64,000 nt of DNA from Klebsiella phage KP13-26. A program made the translations under genes and the position numbers. This document shows positions 17,871 to 27,332 of this stretch, in pieces. Within the stretch, counting starts at the first letter, position 1. Every line of letters starts with the position of its first letter. The stretch is taken from the sequence record OP617743.1, one strand, 5' to 3'. The notes under the pieces are model-generated. The model saw only the letters and a program-made list of their open reading frames with translations, had not been told where the DNA came from and did not search any database.

Positions 17871-18033
17871 AATAGGGGGTGGCTTAAAAATTCCGGGTAT
17901 ATGGGAGAAATTTTGTAGTTTTTGTGGTAATTGTATGTAAAATAATCAGCAATAATAATGTTTAATTGATAGATATTTCCGATGATAATCCTGTGTAAAT
18001 AGGGGTAGCTTTTTATTTCCGGGTGTTGTAGGA
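17871..18033. repeat. Two ~35-bp direct repeats AATAGGGGTRGCTT...TTCCGGGT
   Basis: Copies at ~17871-17905 and ~17999-18033. Confidence 0.5.
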
Positions 18034-18257
18034 TGATTGTCATGAAAGATTGCTATGTGTAAGGAGAGAAAGATGGAAGCGTTAATGATACTTGGTGCTA
18101 TAGTTGTGTTGCTGCTGGTACTATATTTTGCTCCAGGAGATGGTTCAGATTGGGATACATATTTCTAAAGAGGAGAATGTTAGGTGCAAGATGAGAGTAA
18201 AAACTTAAGAATGGAAGTCATGTAATAGCTAGTGATCGTCATAACAAAGGAGAAATT

Positions 18258-18455
18258 ATGTATCAATTGAAAGTGAACAGTGTGATTAATCATCCGATTA
18301 ATCTGGTGATTAATGGTGCAATTGCCACAGGCTTCGGGGTGTATTATTATGATGGCTGGGATGCTGTAACGTATAGCTTGGCTATGTTTGCAATGATGCA
18401 AATGTTTGACGCTTTATGGGTTTACATCAAAACTAAGTGGTGCAATAAGGAGTGA
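18258..18455 (+). CDS. small membrane protein (65 aa)
   Basis: ORF with AAGGAG RBS. Confidence 0.55.
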   Translation: MYQLKVNSVINHPINLVINGAIATGFGVYYYDGWDAVTYSLAMFAMMQMFDALWVYIKTKWCNKE

Positions 18456-18621
18456 TTAACATGCAAGAAGAGCGTAGTGTTTGGTATGCTGAGGGATTTG
18501 TCCATGCTCTTTCATACGGGCGATTCTATCGTCGTAATCCCTACAGGGTGGGGAGCAGACCCTTTAATGAGTGAGAAGAAGGTTTTGATCATGGTGTACG
18601 TAAATATTCTGAGGAGAAGGT

Positions 18622-19332
18622 ATGATCAGTAAAGAAGAGTTAGAGAAGTGGGCTTTTCAGCTAAATATGGATGGTGATTGTGATGCAACAGATAAAGATA
18701 TTGAAACTCTCATTACTCAGGCGCTGGACACAATGGAAGAGCTTGAGACAGCAAAACGTTGTTTACCTGTAGATAAAGAATTTGAAGTGAGAGGTTCATG
18801 GATTGGTTCTGTGCAAAATTACATTGTTCACCTAGAAGAATCCTTGAAGGATGCAACTGCTTATATTGAAAAACTACGGGAGTGGAATGCAGGCTTAGCT
18901 CAAGAATCTTTTGAAAGGCAGGAACGAATTGCAGAGTTGACAGCGGGGAAGGTTGGTAATGCTTTGCTTGAAAGAGAAAATCATCATGCCGAAGTTGTTG
19001 GACATTTGGTTGATCTGATTATTGAGCTTAAAGCAAAACTCTCAGAGTCTTCTGAGAGCGAGTCAGATCGTAACCCTGTACTAGCGTATGCCGACAGTTA
19101 TCGTGATATGGCGAAACAAGGTGTCGAGTCAGTCCCAATTTGGAGCGTCATCACCGACCTAGAGCGAAACATAGCGCCGCTATGTCGCCACACGCAGCCA
19201 GCGCCGGAAGTGCCAACGTTTGATGAATGGCTGGAGCTTAGCGGTAATAAGCCACTTGGTTGGGTCAAAGACGCGATGCGCGAATCTTATGACGCCTGCC
19301 GTTCTGCCATGCTTAACGGAGGTAAATTATGA
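18622..19332 (+). CDS. hypothetical protein (236 aa)
   Basis: ORF with GAGGAGAAGG RBS. Confidence 0.65.
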   Translation: MISKEELEKWAFQLNMDGDCDATDKDIETLITQALDTMEELETAKRCLPVDKEFEVRGSWIGSVQNYIVHLEESLKDATAYIEKLREWNAGLAQESFERQERIAELTAGKVGNALLERENHHAEVVGHLVDLIIELKAKLSESSESESDRNPVLAYADSYRDMAKQGVESVPIWSVITDLERNIAPLCRHTQPAPEVPTFDEWLELSGNKPLGWVKDAMRESYDACRSAMLNGGKL

Positions 19333-19694
19333 AGTTCGAAGAATGGTTAGCACAACAGGATGGGGTTATTGAAGTAGATTGCGGCTGTGTTACCGCAGAA
19401 GCTTTTTATCACTGGATGCGCGTAGCTTATGAGTCGGGTAACTCTCTAGTGCAATCCGATTGCTGCCCGGTGAAAAACCAAGGATGGATTCCCGTAAGCG
19501 AGCGTCTACCAGAGAATAAACCAGGAGGTTACGAATACCTGGTATTTGAAACACTCAATGGATGTGTAAATCATGATTACTGGGCTGTGCCAGATACAGG
19601 ACAGGAATTTACTCCTTTCTGGAACCGTTATGGCAACTATGTAACCCACTGGATGCCACTGCCCGCTGGGCCAAAGGAGCAAGATAATGTTTAA
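19329..19694 (+). CDS. DUF551-like phage protein
   Basis: W-IPVSERLPE and THWMPLP motifs, typical of DUF551. ATGA overlap with the upstream gene. Confidence 0.5.
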   Translation: MKFEEWLAQQDGVIEVDCGCVTAEAFYHWMRVAYESGNSLVQSDCCPVKNQGWIPVSERLPENKPGGYEYLVFETLNGCVNHDYWAVPDTGQEFTPFWNRYGNYVTHWMPLPAGPKEQDNV

Positions 19695-19818
19695 TCCTAA
19701 TGAAGGTCTTACTTCTATGCTTATTGTGCTAGGAATTGTTTGTGGGGTTGTTGGATGGGCAGCCATCGAACTTCTCTGTTGGTTGTTTTCTTTCGTGCAT
19801 ATCACTTTTGGGAGATAA
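19687..19818 (+). CDS. small membrane protein (43 aa)
   Basis: Sub-cutoff hydrophobic ORF; coordinates approximate. Confidence 0.35.
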   Translation: MFNPNEGLTSMLIVLGIVCGVVGWAAIELLCWLFSFVHITFGR

Positions 19819-19884
19819 ACAAGCCTTGCAATTTCTTATGAATGTGTGTAATGTATGTACAAGATATAGAAATGGAGGTGGAAG

Positions 19885-20403
19885 ATGAAAATTCGTTTAT
19901 TACACGATGGTGGTTATGAGGGATTAGCTAACGTGCAATTTCCTGTTGAAGTGGAAGTTGAGCGTGAGGGTTACGGCGGCGGCGTCTATGTGGGGTGGGA
20001 TGCAATCTCTGCTATTCCTGGGTGGTTCTACAATAAAAATGATGCTTACGAAGGAGGTTCTTATTATTTCTGTAAGCATGAAGTGGAAATCGTTGGCAGC
20101 GAGGTAGAGGAGCGTATCTCTGCTCTACGTGAAAAAGGCATAACTTTGTTCCCTAACCTCTCGAAAGAAGAAAAGATAGACGTGTTGTATATTGAGGATG
20201 AACCTGCGGTATCCGCTAAATATTACACTGATAAGATACTGGGTGCAGATCGCAAAGACAAACTGATCTCGCTTGTAAGAGATTACGGGGAGATCATTAC
20301 CGAGGGATACAAACACGACTCTCTTCTAGCTATGCTTGCTTGTCACGAAGAAGAGAAGCGTCTGTTGAAAGAGATCATTAAGATGATTAACGAGGGTGTT
20401 TAG
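19885..20403 (+). CDS. hypothetical protein (172 aa)
   Basis: ORF with GGAGG RBS. Confidence 0.65.
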   Translation: MKIRLLHDGGYEGLANVQFPVEVEVEREGYGGGVYVGWDAISAIPGWFYNKNDAYEGGSYYFCKHEVEIVGSEVEERISALREKGITLFPNLSKEEKIDVLYIEDEPAVSAKYYTDKILGADRKDKLISLVRDYGEIITEGYKHDSLLAMLACHEEEKRLLKEIIKMINEGV

Positions 20404-20411
20404 GAGGGCGT

Positions 20412-20642
20412 ATGAAAGGTAATAAAATGAAAGTTAAAGATGTACCTAGCGCATACACTTTGTGGTTAGCACGACTTCTACGTCAACAAATTACCACTGG
20501 ACAGAAAACCCCTATGAATGCTCGTGCTCTGAAGAAAGGACGCGCTACTTTTGGATTTAATGCTGTTTCCGTGAAGATGATGAAATTAGGCTATAAACCA
20601 AAATATGCCCGTTATCCTTCTACATATGCTTGGTTTGATTAA
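20412..20642 (+). CDS. hypothetical basic protein (76 aa)
   Basis: ORF. Confidence 0.5.
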   Translation: MKGNKMKVKDVPSAYTLWLARLLRQQITTGQKTPMNARALKKGRATFGFNAVSVKMMKLGYKPKYARYPSTYAWFD

Positions 20643-20653
20643 CAGGAGTGAAT

Positions 20654-20839
20654 ATGGAAAAGTCAGAACAAAAATTTAAGATTGGGGATCGTGTAGCTGA
20701 TATTCACACAGGTAAAGTGGGAAATATCACAGCTATTTACTGGAGTGAAGGCGATAAACATAACCCAGCGGAGTGGGCATACTCTATGGATAAAATGGGG
20801 TGGTTATTTATTGGGGAATCAGATTTAGTAGCAGTGTAA
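20654..20839 (+). CDS. hypothetical protein (61 aa)
   Basis: ATG 5 nt after CAGGAG. Confidence 0.5.
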   Translation: MEKSEQKFKIGDRVADIHTGKVGNITAIYWSEGDKHNPAEWAYSMDKMGWLFIGESDLVAV

Positions 20840-20849
20840 GGAGGTAGTC

Positions 20850-21020
20850 ATGCGTGTGTTTATAGATGAGTTTGATAGAGATTACAGAACTATTACCAAT
20901 AACCTTGAGAAGGAATTCAACTCTATCCAGGAAGCAGAAGAATGGTGCAAAGAAGCCTCTGGGTCAGGGTACACTTATCTTATTGATATGAGCTTGACAA
21001 AAGCTATAAACGAGGGTTAA
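20850..21020 (+). CDS. hypothetical small protein (56 aa)
   Basis: Sub-cutoff ORF with AAGGAGG RBS. Confidence 0.45.
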   Translation: MRVFIDEFDRDYRTITNNLEKEFNSIQEAEEWCKEASGSGYTYLIDMSLTKAINEG

Positions 21021-21100
21021 ATATGCTCATACACTTCTTGATGGATGTTTGGTTTATTATACTTATGTCTTGGGTCTTTGTATCAAGGGGAGAATTTTGA

Positions 21101-21391
21101 ATGAACGTTAAGAAACAATCTAAAATAAAGTCTCTAGGTCGTTATAAACATTATAAAAGTTTTGGATGGTTGGCTAGAGTAGTTTATCGTCTACGCGGTG
21201 ATAAAACTATTCGCCACTATCTTGCCACTGGCAAGTATGTTAGAACAGAGTCGGAAGAAGCCTATGAACTTGTGCCAGGATCTGGTATGTTGTTCAAAGA
21301 TTTATTTATCACCAGCAAAGTGAGGCGTTCACGTGTTAAAAATGTTCCTGATGGTGCGCGATTTGTGGGTAAAACATGCGGTTTATCGTGA
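21101..21391 (+). CDS. hypothetical basic protein (96 aa)
   Basis: ORF with AGGGGAGAA RBS. Confidence 0.55.
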   Translation: MNVKKQSKIKSLGRYKHYKSFGWLARVVYRLRGDKTIRHYLATGKYVRTESEEAYELVPGSGMLFKDLFITSKVRRSRVKNVPDGARFVGKTCGLS

Positions 21392-21558
21392 GTATCTCAT
21401 TGATAATGCACAGCAGAAACAGCTTGGGATATCTTAGGGAGGTGTTAAACCGTGGAGATTGAGAAAGTAAAGGTTGCCCCGAAGGAAAGAGTTTTACAAC
21501 TAATTCCAATTCCAGTATGCTTCCTGCTAATGGGGTTGACACTTATTTAGGAGGCGCT

Positions 21559-21768
21559 ATGCGACGTATGCTGTGTTGGTTTTTAGCTGGGGTTTTAGGG
21601 GCTTTCTTTTTAGTAGTGTGTGATAAGCTGGCAGAACTTGCAAGTGGTGCTGCACATAAACAGAAGGTACAAACAGAAGAGTGTATCTATCTAAAATACA
21701 AAAAAGATGCTGAAAAGTTCCTTGACAAGGACTGTCAGAGGTATGTAAGATATAAGCAAGATAACTAA
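21559..21768 (+). CDS. membrane protein (69 aa)
   Basis: Internal ATG after AGGAGG; N-terminal transmembrane segment. Confidence 0.5.
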   Translation: MRRMLCWFLAGVLGAFFLVVCDKLAELASGAAHKQKVQTEECIYLKYKKDAEKFLDKDCQRYVRYKQDN

Positions 21769-21796
21769 CTAGGTAATTAACTTAGAGAGGTAGAGT

Positions 21797-22060
21797 ATGA
21801 CTCTGGCAGACAAAGTGCTACAAAACGTTAAGAGTAAAGCCATAGTGTGTAGAGCTAAAGCTTTCGAATCCTATTACTATGATTTGAAGAAAATGGTGAA
21901 AGATCCTGACCTACTAGAAACAGGGGTTGTACACTACTATCATCGTAACCATTTAACTAATCAAAGATTCAACAATAGAGGCACGAATAGCAGATGGTAT
22001 GCAACTACTACGTATACCACTGAAAATAAAACTGGTATTAGTCTTTCTTTAATGAGATAA
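21797..22060 (+). CDS. hypothetical protein (87 aa)
   Basis: ORF with GAGAGG RBS. Confidence 0.55.
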   Translation: MTLADKVLQNVKSKAIVCRAKAFESYYYDLKKMVKDPDLLETGVVHYYHRNHLTNQRFNNRGTNSRWYATTTYTTENKTGISLSLMR

Positions 22061-22068
22061 GGAAGTAT

Positions 22069-22311
22069 ATGAACATATTCACTGAGCAACGTATGGGTAC
22101 ACCAATTACAGAAGATGAAAGATTCGCTATTTCTACAGAGCTTAACAATCTGGAAGCCCTGTATCATGATGAAGCATGGATTGGCAAGGAGGTAGCCGCT
22201 TGCACAGATTTGATGGGAAGTTGGGATAGAGATCTAGTGCTATTGTGTCTTGAGCATGACATAAACATGTTGCGTCGTACTCTCGAAACAGGTATAGTGA
22301 CAGAACATTAA
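22069..22311 (+). CDS. hypothetical protein (80 aa)
   Basis: ORF with AAGGAAG RBS. Confidence 0.55.
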   Translation: MNIFTEQRMGTPITEDERFAISTELNNLEALYHDEAWIGKEVAACTDLMGSWDRDLVLLCLEHDINMLRRTLETGIVTEH

Positions 22312-22336
22312 CGCTACATACAAGGTGTCTTCCATA

Positions 22337-22627
22337 ATGAATGATATAGTTAAGTTTGCTCTGGTGATTTCAGTGTTAAGTTTGTTTGGATGGCTTATTC
22401 TCACTATAGCTTCACATTTCTTAATGCGAGAGTTAAGAAAGGAAGAGAAAGCATATGAAGAGACAATGAGACATTTAAGACTGTTATGCAGACATGTAAG
22501 TTTTGCAGGAGCATATTCTGCCTATAGAGATTACTACAAAAAGGATGAAGATCATCTTCCAGCAGATTTATTAAGAAGACACTACCAAGCCGCACGTATA
22601 GAATGGTTAGCACGTAACCCAAGATAG
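22337..22627 (+). CDS. membrane-anchored protein (96 aa)
   Basis: Internal ATG; N-terminal transmembrane segment. Confidence 0.5.
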   Translation: MNDIVKFALVISVLSLFGWLILTIASHFLMRELRKEEKAYEETMRHLRLLCRHVSFAGAYSAYRDYYKKDEDHLPADLLRRHYQAARIEWLARNPR

Positions 22628-22637
22628 GAGAATAGAT

Positions 22638-23066
22638 ATGAATTTTAAAGTAGGGGATAAGATCGTTTTTCAACCGCAAGGTAATAACATTGAAGATTAT
22701 TTTCTTAGCGGAGTACAGGCGGGTGATACTGGAATTATCACTTATCTTACAGAAGAAGATGTTATTGCAAATATGACTACCCAGTGGGGAGAGATTCTTG
22801 AATATTTTTATCTTAACCCTGAAGATTGCATTGTTGAGGAAGAAAAACTACCTCCTGTAGAAGCTACTCTACATATTGGTAAACATGATGTAAAACTTCT
22901 TTTAGATCGTAGTGTCTATGAAGATGTATACATTGGGATAGGAGATATTTATAAGGATGGATTTCTACATGCAGGAGAAGGAATCCATTTCACTGTTGAT
23001 GAAGCCTTAGCTTTAGCTCATGATATTAAACGTATGGCTCTAGCTGTACAGAGAGGAGAACTATAA
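22638..23066 (+). CDS. hypothetical protein (142 aa)
   Basis: ORF with AGGAGAA RBS. Confidence 0.6.
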   Translation: MNFKVGDKIVFQPQGNNIEDYFLSGVQAGDTGIITYLTEEDVIANMTTQWGEILEYFYLNPEDCIVEEEKLPPVEATLHIGKHDVKLLLDRSVYEDVYIGIGDIYKDGFLHAGEGIHFTVDEALALAHDIKRMALAVQRGEL

Positions 23067-23077
23067 TTAATAAATAG

Positions 23078-23140
23078 ATAGTTAATTAGTTAATAATTAA
23101 TTAGTTAATAATTAATTAGTTTATTGGTTAATAGGTTAAT
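23078..23140. repeat. AT-only tandem repeat (TTAATTAGTTAATAA x3, then GGTTAATAGG x2)
   Basis: Seen by eye in the intergenic region. Confidence 0.6.
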
Positions 23141-23290
23141 AGGTAGTAGATAGATTAACATAACATGTTTCTCATAACAAATCTACTACCTCGCTATCGC
23201 TCGGTATATAATACTAGGGTAGCATGTTTTTTATCAAAAGTAAAACAGATAATTCCTATTAATAAGGGAAGATTGACAGTTGGAGGCTAT

Positions 23291-23527
23291 ATGGCAAAGA
23301 AGTCTAAAAAAGTGAATGAAGAAACCTCTGAACAAGAAACCTTTACACAGATTGGAGATCTGTGTAATGAACCAGTTGCTCCTACAGAGGCGCTGGAAGA
23401 GGTTATGTCCTGCAAAGAAGAAAAAAGATTTTGCCCTGTTTGTGGTGGAACAGGTTTTGTCTTTGTTGGAGAAGGACAGCTAGAAAGATGCTGGCCTTGT
23501 TCTGGCACGGGTGTTACAGCTCTTTGA
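23291..23527 (+). CDS. DnaJ-type zinc-finger mini-protein (CxxCxGxG x2)
   Basis: CPVCGGTG and CWPCSGTG repeats; GGAGG RBS. The long antisense ORF at 23287-23862 is rejected. Confidence 0.5.
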   Translation: MAKKSKKVNEETSEQETFTQIGDLCNEPVAPTEALEEVMSCKEEKRFCPVCGGTGFVFVGEGQLERCWPCSGTGVTAL

Positions 23528-23544
23528 TTATTTAAGGAGGTTTT

Positions 23545-23874
23545 ATGGAATTTAATATTGATCAGGGTAAAGAATATCTTGCATCCCTGTCTGGAAAAGA
23601 TACATCTTACGGAAATAAATGGGATAAACCTTCTGATGGTCACGATTCTGTAACCAAAGTATGGTATTTTGATGTACAATGGTCTGATTGCCCTGTGGAA
23701 GTTGAAAAACAAGTAATCCAGATGTGGGAGGATTACGAACTTGGTAATGACTTTTACATGCTCAAATCTAACCTGGATGAGGATCTTTTTGAAAATTATC
23801 CGGCAGTCTACTTCTGGCTTGAACACAAAGGCGTTCAACCCGGTGAACGTGTAATCATTCATTGGTGGTGGTGA
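23545..23874 (+). CDS. hypothetical protein (109 aa)
   Basis: ORF with AAGGAGG RBS. Confidence 0.6.
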   Translation: MEFNIDQGKEYLASLSGKDTSYGNKWDKPSDGHDSVTKVWYFDVQWSDCPVEVEKQVIQMWEDYELGNDFYMLKSNLDEDLFENYPAVYFWLEHKGVQPGERVIIHWWW

Positions 23875-23972
23875 TTTAAGCGTTTACAATGTGCGGATAC
23901 CGCACAGAAGTAAATCGCTATATACTAAAGATCGCGCCTTCGGCGCTCGGATAAATCCTAAGCGGAGGTCAA

Positions 23973-24164
23973 ATGATTAGAAGTTATCACAGATGGTTAG
24001 CCATCCAAGAGAAGAATACCCTCCGTGGTGTTCCAGGGTACAGCCCAAGCACGGATGATATCTTAGATAAGATGGAAGAATTCTTCAAAGAGCCTCGTTC
24101 TCATCTGAAAGAGGTACTTGGGGCATGGGACGGTACGCCTGAAAGTGTAGGAGAACGTACATGA
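23973..24164 (+). CDS. hypothetical protein (63 aa)
   Basis: ORF with GGAGG RBS. Confidence 0.5.
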   Translation: MIRSYHRWLAIQEKNTLRGVPGYSPSTDDILDKMEEFFKEPRSHLKEVLGAWDGTPESVGERT

Positions 24165-24571
24165 TTACCTTAGAACAATTCCAGAACATGGAGCGAGGAA
24201 CCATTATCTATATTTGTGCAGGTGGGAGAGCAAATAACTTGGTCGTGGATCGTTTCCATTCAGTACACGAAAACAAAAAGCGCGGAACCGATACAACCAT
24301 GATTCTCACTTACACTGGAGGTATGAGTTTTATAGGCCACATGAATTCAGGTAATGGTGTTTACCTTACAGAAGAAGAAGCTAGAGAGCACATGCGTAAA
24401 CGCGCTAAGTGGTTGCATGATATCCAAACAGAAAACCTCAAGGCGAAAATTGCAAACTTGCAATATGAGCTTGATAAACATCTTGACAGCGATCCAACTA
24501 TTGACTATGTTTATCTGGACAGAACAGATGAACCAGAACCGGAGGGATGGTGGTATGACAAAACAATATAG
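24161..24571 (+). CDS. hypothetical protein (136 aa)
   Basis: ATGA overlap with the upstream gene. Confidence 0.6.
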   Translation: MITLEQFQNMERGTIIYICAGGRANNLVVDRFHSVHENKKRGTDTTMILTYTGGMSFIGHMNSGNGVYLTEEEAREHMRKRAKWLHDIQTENLKAKIANLQYELDKHLDSDPTIDYVYLDRTDEPEPEGWWYDKTI

Positions 24572-24839
24572 AATTTTAGAAAGGCAACGGTTTGAAGATG
24601 AGAGTGTGTATATTGTTCAACGGACTCGAAAATTTCTTTGGTTGTTTCCTTATTGGGCCACTTATCAAGGTTACACATTCACCGGTAATGAAGATTGTAT
24701 ATTTAATACCATAGAAGATGCTAAAGCTTTTATTGAAAATACTGTAAAGTTTAATCGCTGGTGCGCCGAGAGAGGTGATCGTGTGATTGCTGTGTACCAG
24801 CTAAACAACGATGGTGAACTGGAGGAAGTTGAAACATGA
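24555..24839 (+). CDS. hypothetical protein (94 aa)
   Basis: Start ATG after GGAGGG; the track extension from 24354 is rejected. Confidence 0.5.
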   Translation: MTKQYRILERQRFEDESVYIVQRTRKFLWLFPYWATYQGYTFTGNEDCIFNTIEDAKAFIENTVKFNRWCAERGDRVIAVYQLNNDGELEEVET

Positions 24840-24994
24840 AAATAGCCCTTGTGTTTTTGGTAGGATTTGTGGTATCATTCTTTATGCTTTGTGGAGGTAG
24901 TGTTCTCTTTCATTATGGACTCGATGGTTTTGCTGTCTTTTTAGGGAGTCTTGCCATTGGATCTATTACCGCGATTATTGCAGCCAATAACTAA
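24836..24994 (+). CDS. small membrane protein (52 aa)
   Basis: Sub-cutoff hydrophobic ORF with ATGA overlap. Confidence 0.4.
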   Translation: MKIALVFLVGFVVSFFMLCGGSVLFHYGLDGFAVFLGSLAIGSITAIIAANN

Positions 24995-25010
24995 TGAAGG
25001 ATATTGCAAA

Positions 25011-25643
25011 ATGAAAATTGGTATCGGTGTGATCACTATGGGTGTTCGCACCATTAATAGAAAACTATTTGAAAACAGTGAACATGGGATTTTTATCTAC
25101 ACAGATAAGGAACGTTTAGGCCCAAGTCATGCTCGTAATAAAGTGCTAGAGCACTTTGACGGTTATGATCATATTTTTATATTTGATGATGATTGTTTCC
25201 CTACAAAACTTGGTTGGGAAAATTATTTCATCACTCAAGCTTCTGAGCATAACATCCATTATATGGCTATTCCAGAAGTATTTGGTGGTCAGTTTGTATC
25301 TAGTGACAAAGAAATGCAGTATTGGTTTAGCGCATTAGGTTGTTTCGTGTATCAAGATAAGGTTGCAATGGATGTTATTGGTGGTTATAATACTGCGTAT
25401 AACAGATATGGTTATGAAGATGCAGGGCGATCTCGTAGAGCATTACAGGCTGGCTTAACAGGACATAACAATGCTTGGGGCTTTCCTGTGCGAGGGTTGT
25501 CTTACATACATTCTGAAGATGTATTCGGAGAGAATCCTGCCCCGAACATTCAGACTTCTGAAAAGCTGGCGTATATCGCACAAAACCAACCGATCTACCA
25601 GAAAGAGATTGAAGGTAAACAACTTTTCTACCCATACAAATAA
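25011..25643 (+). CDS. GT-A fold (family 2-like) glycosyltransferase
   Basis: DxD motif FIFDDDCFP and YGYEDAGRSRR (GT2 G-x-G-ED-like) motif. Confidence 0.5.
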   Translation: MKIGIGVITMGVRTINRKLFENSEHGIFIYTDKERLGPSHARNKVLEHFDGYDHIFIFDDDCFPTKLGWENYFITQASEHNIHYMAIPEVFGGQFVSSDKEMQYWFSALGCFVYQDKVAMDVIGGYNTAYNRYGYEDAGRSRRALQAGLTGHNNAWGFPVRGLSYIHSEDVFGENPAPNIQTSEKLAYIAQNQPIYQKEIEGKQLFYPYK

Positions 25644-25653
25644 GGAGAGAGAA

Positions 25654-25863
25654 ATGGAAATGCCAAACCAAGAGGTTATCGAGCAAGCAATTATCCTCCT
25701 AGCTGAAAGTTGCCAGGCAGACATGGCGGTTCTGTTTGTTGCAGAGCCAACTCAGGATGCTATTGATCGTATGATCGCAGCAGACACTGCGTGGAGAGAG
25801 TTTAGCGCTGCTCACCCTGAGATTGAACAGTACGTTGATTGGAAAGAGTTGCAGGGGGATTAA
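25654..25863 (+). CDS. hypothetical protein (69 aa)
   Basis: ATG after AAGGAGAGAG. Confidence 0.5.
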   Translation: MEMPNQEVIEQAIILLAESCQADMAVLFVAEPTQDAIDRMIAADTAWREFSAAHPEIEQYVDWKELQGD

Positions 25864-25864
25864 C

Positions 25865-26230
25865 ATGTTAATTAAAGAAAACTACAAAAACTATAGCAGC
25901 AGCATAAACTTCATTGACTCCAATGATAACTTCGTTGGTTTCGATATGGGTGGTCAGTGTTGCGAACAGTTCGGCTGGTACATCAGTCGTGAAGCGATTG
26001 CTTTCGACGATTATGGAAGTTCTGTCGAACTTCAAGAAGAAGATCTGGTAGGTTATCGTTTTGATACCACTTTTGTCGATAACTACAATTTTGATGAAAC
26101 TGTAGTGTTTCGTCTGGTGAGTGATAAAGGCGGTGTTGCATACCTGCATCTGTTCAACTCTCATAATGGCTACTACAGCCACGGTTGGGAGTCTACAATG
26201 GATGGCATTTCTCGTGAAGGGTATCTATGA
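25865..26230 (+). CDS. hypothetical protein (121 aa)
   Basis: Internal ATG with GGGGGA RBS. Confidence 0.55.
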   Translation: MLIKENYKNYSSSINFIDSNDNFVGFDMGGQCCEQFGWYISREAIAFDDYGSSVELQEEDLVGYRFDTTFVDNYNFDETVVFRLVSDKGGVAYLHLFNSHNGYYSHGWESTMDGISREGYL

Positions 26231-26850
26231 GTGATGCTAATTACTGGGACGGGGTGAAACCCCTCGTTCCAGGTGTAGTGGTGAAGTACGCTGGGTCAAA
26301 AAGCAGCGATTTTTACCTACTACCTGAGCCAGGTACACTACTAACTCTTATTGCAGAAGATATTCAGATGGGTTTCAACCCTGTTTGGATTTGTCTCTGG
26401 TATGATGAGGCTGGCAGAGTGAATCTCGTCCCTCTTTTGAAGAATGTGCTAGCGCCTGCCGAAGAACCGATTGATCCACGTACACAGGAAGTAGCTGATC
26501 GTTATTATCCGTGGACAGGCAAAGCCTTAGATCTGAAATTCTTACAGAAGTCTCTTGACTCCCTGTTGAATCCAGTGCAAAATGAACCTGTTCCTGATGA
26601 GAAACCTGCCTCAAAGTTTTCTGAGGTAACGTTCCTCACTGATGGAGGTAGTGCAGCATTAAGTAACGTTCGCTTCCCTGTCACTCTACAATTGACGGAC
26701 GAAGAACATAAACTATACCCAGAGCTAGATGGTGTTACCATCCTTGGTGGAATACTTAACATGCTTCCTGGTATTGATAAAGACCATAAATTCGATGATG
26801 ATAAGTTCTACTTGTTCTACATCAACGAAGAAATCACCTATAAGGAGTAA
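26227..26850 (+). CDS. hypothetical protein (207 aa)
   Basis: ATGA overlap with the upstream gene. Confidence 0.65.
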   Translation: MSDANYWDGVKPLVPGVVVKYAGSKSSDFYLLPEPGTLLTLIAEDIQMGFNPVWICLWYDEAGRVNLVPLLKNVLAPAEEPIDPRTQEVADRYYPWTGKALDLKFLQKSLDSLLNPVQNEPVPDEKPASKFSEVTFLTDGGSAALSNVRFPVTLQLTDEEHKLYPELDGVTILGGILNMLPGIDKDHKFDDDKFYLFYINEEITYKE

Positions 26851-27030
26851 TGATGATTACCGCAATCGTATTTTTCGCGCTGGGATACCTCACCCACAAA
26901 TACAAAGACGTGCTGATCGTTAAGATTGAAGCAGCTACTGCTAAAATCCAAGCGTTCCTCGACTCTAAACGTTAATACCTATTAAAGGCTGTATCTTGAT
27001 AGGTACAGCCTATCAAAGAAGGAGAAAAGC

Positions 27031-27204
27031 ATGTTTACAGAAACCGATTTCAAGTGTGTTCATTGTGGTAAATCATTTGGCGACCATAAAGCAAAGACTT
27101 TCCATTGTCCTCGTAAAGGTCGCGGTAATTTAAAAGGTTTCGATCCATCACATGTGTATTCGCCTAACCGTGATAAGCCAGAAGAGGATAAATTCACCAG
27201 CTAA
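27031..27204 (+). CDS. zinc-ribbon small protein (57 aa)
   Basis: CVHCG...HCPRKG motifs; GGAGAAAAGC RBS; sub-cutoff. Confidence 0.4.
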   Translation: MFTETDFKCVHCGKSFGDHKAKTFHCPRKGRGNLKGFDPSHVYSPNRDKPEEDKFTS

Positions 27205-27332
27205 GGAGGTTTCATGTCTACAGTTATAATCATCGTTGCAGTGCTGATCATCTTTGGTGCTGCCAAGTACAGCCTTATTGCGGCTCTGGTGGCTGGTATG
27301 GTGTTGGGCCTCATCTTACCGAGACTCATGAA

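Noticed and set aside
23078-23140. Possible CRISPR array
   Set aside because: It consists of tandem AT-only repeats without unique spacers. The repeat length of 15 bp with no spacer structure does not fit a CRISPR array.
23287-23862. 191-aa minus-strand ORF, and similar long antisense ORFs (5503-5925, 27984-28535, 30282-30851, 25868-26182, 60361-60768)
   Set aside because: Each lies entirely antisense to a chain of RBS-supported genes. They have low-complexity composition and no RBS, so they are shadow ORFs.
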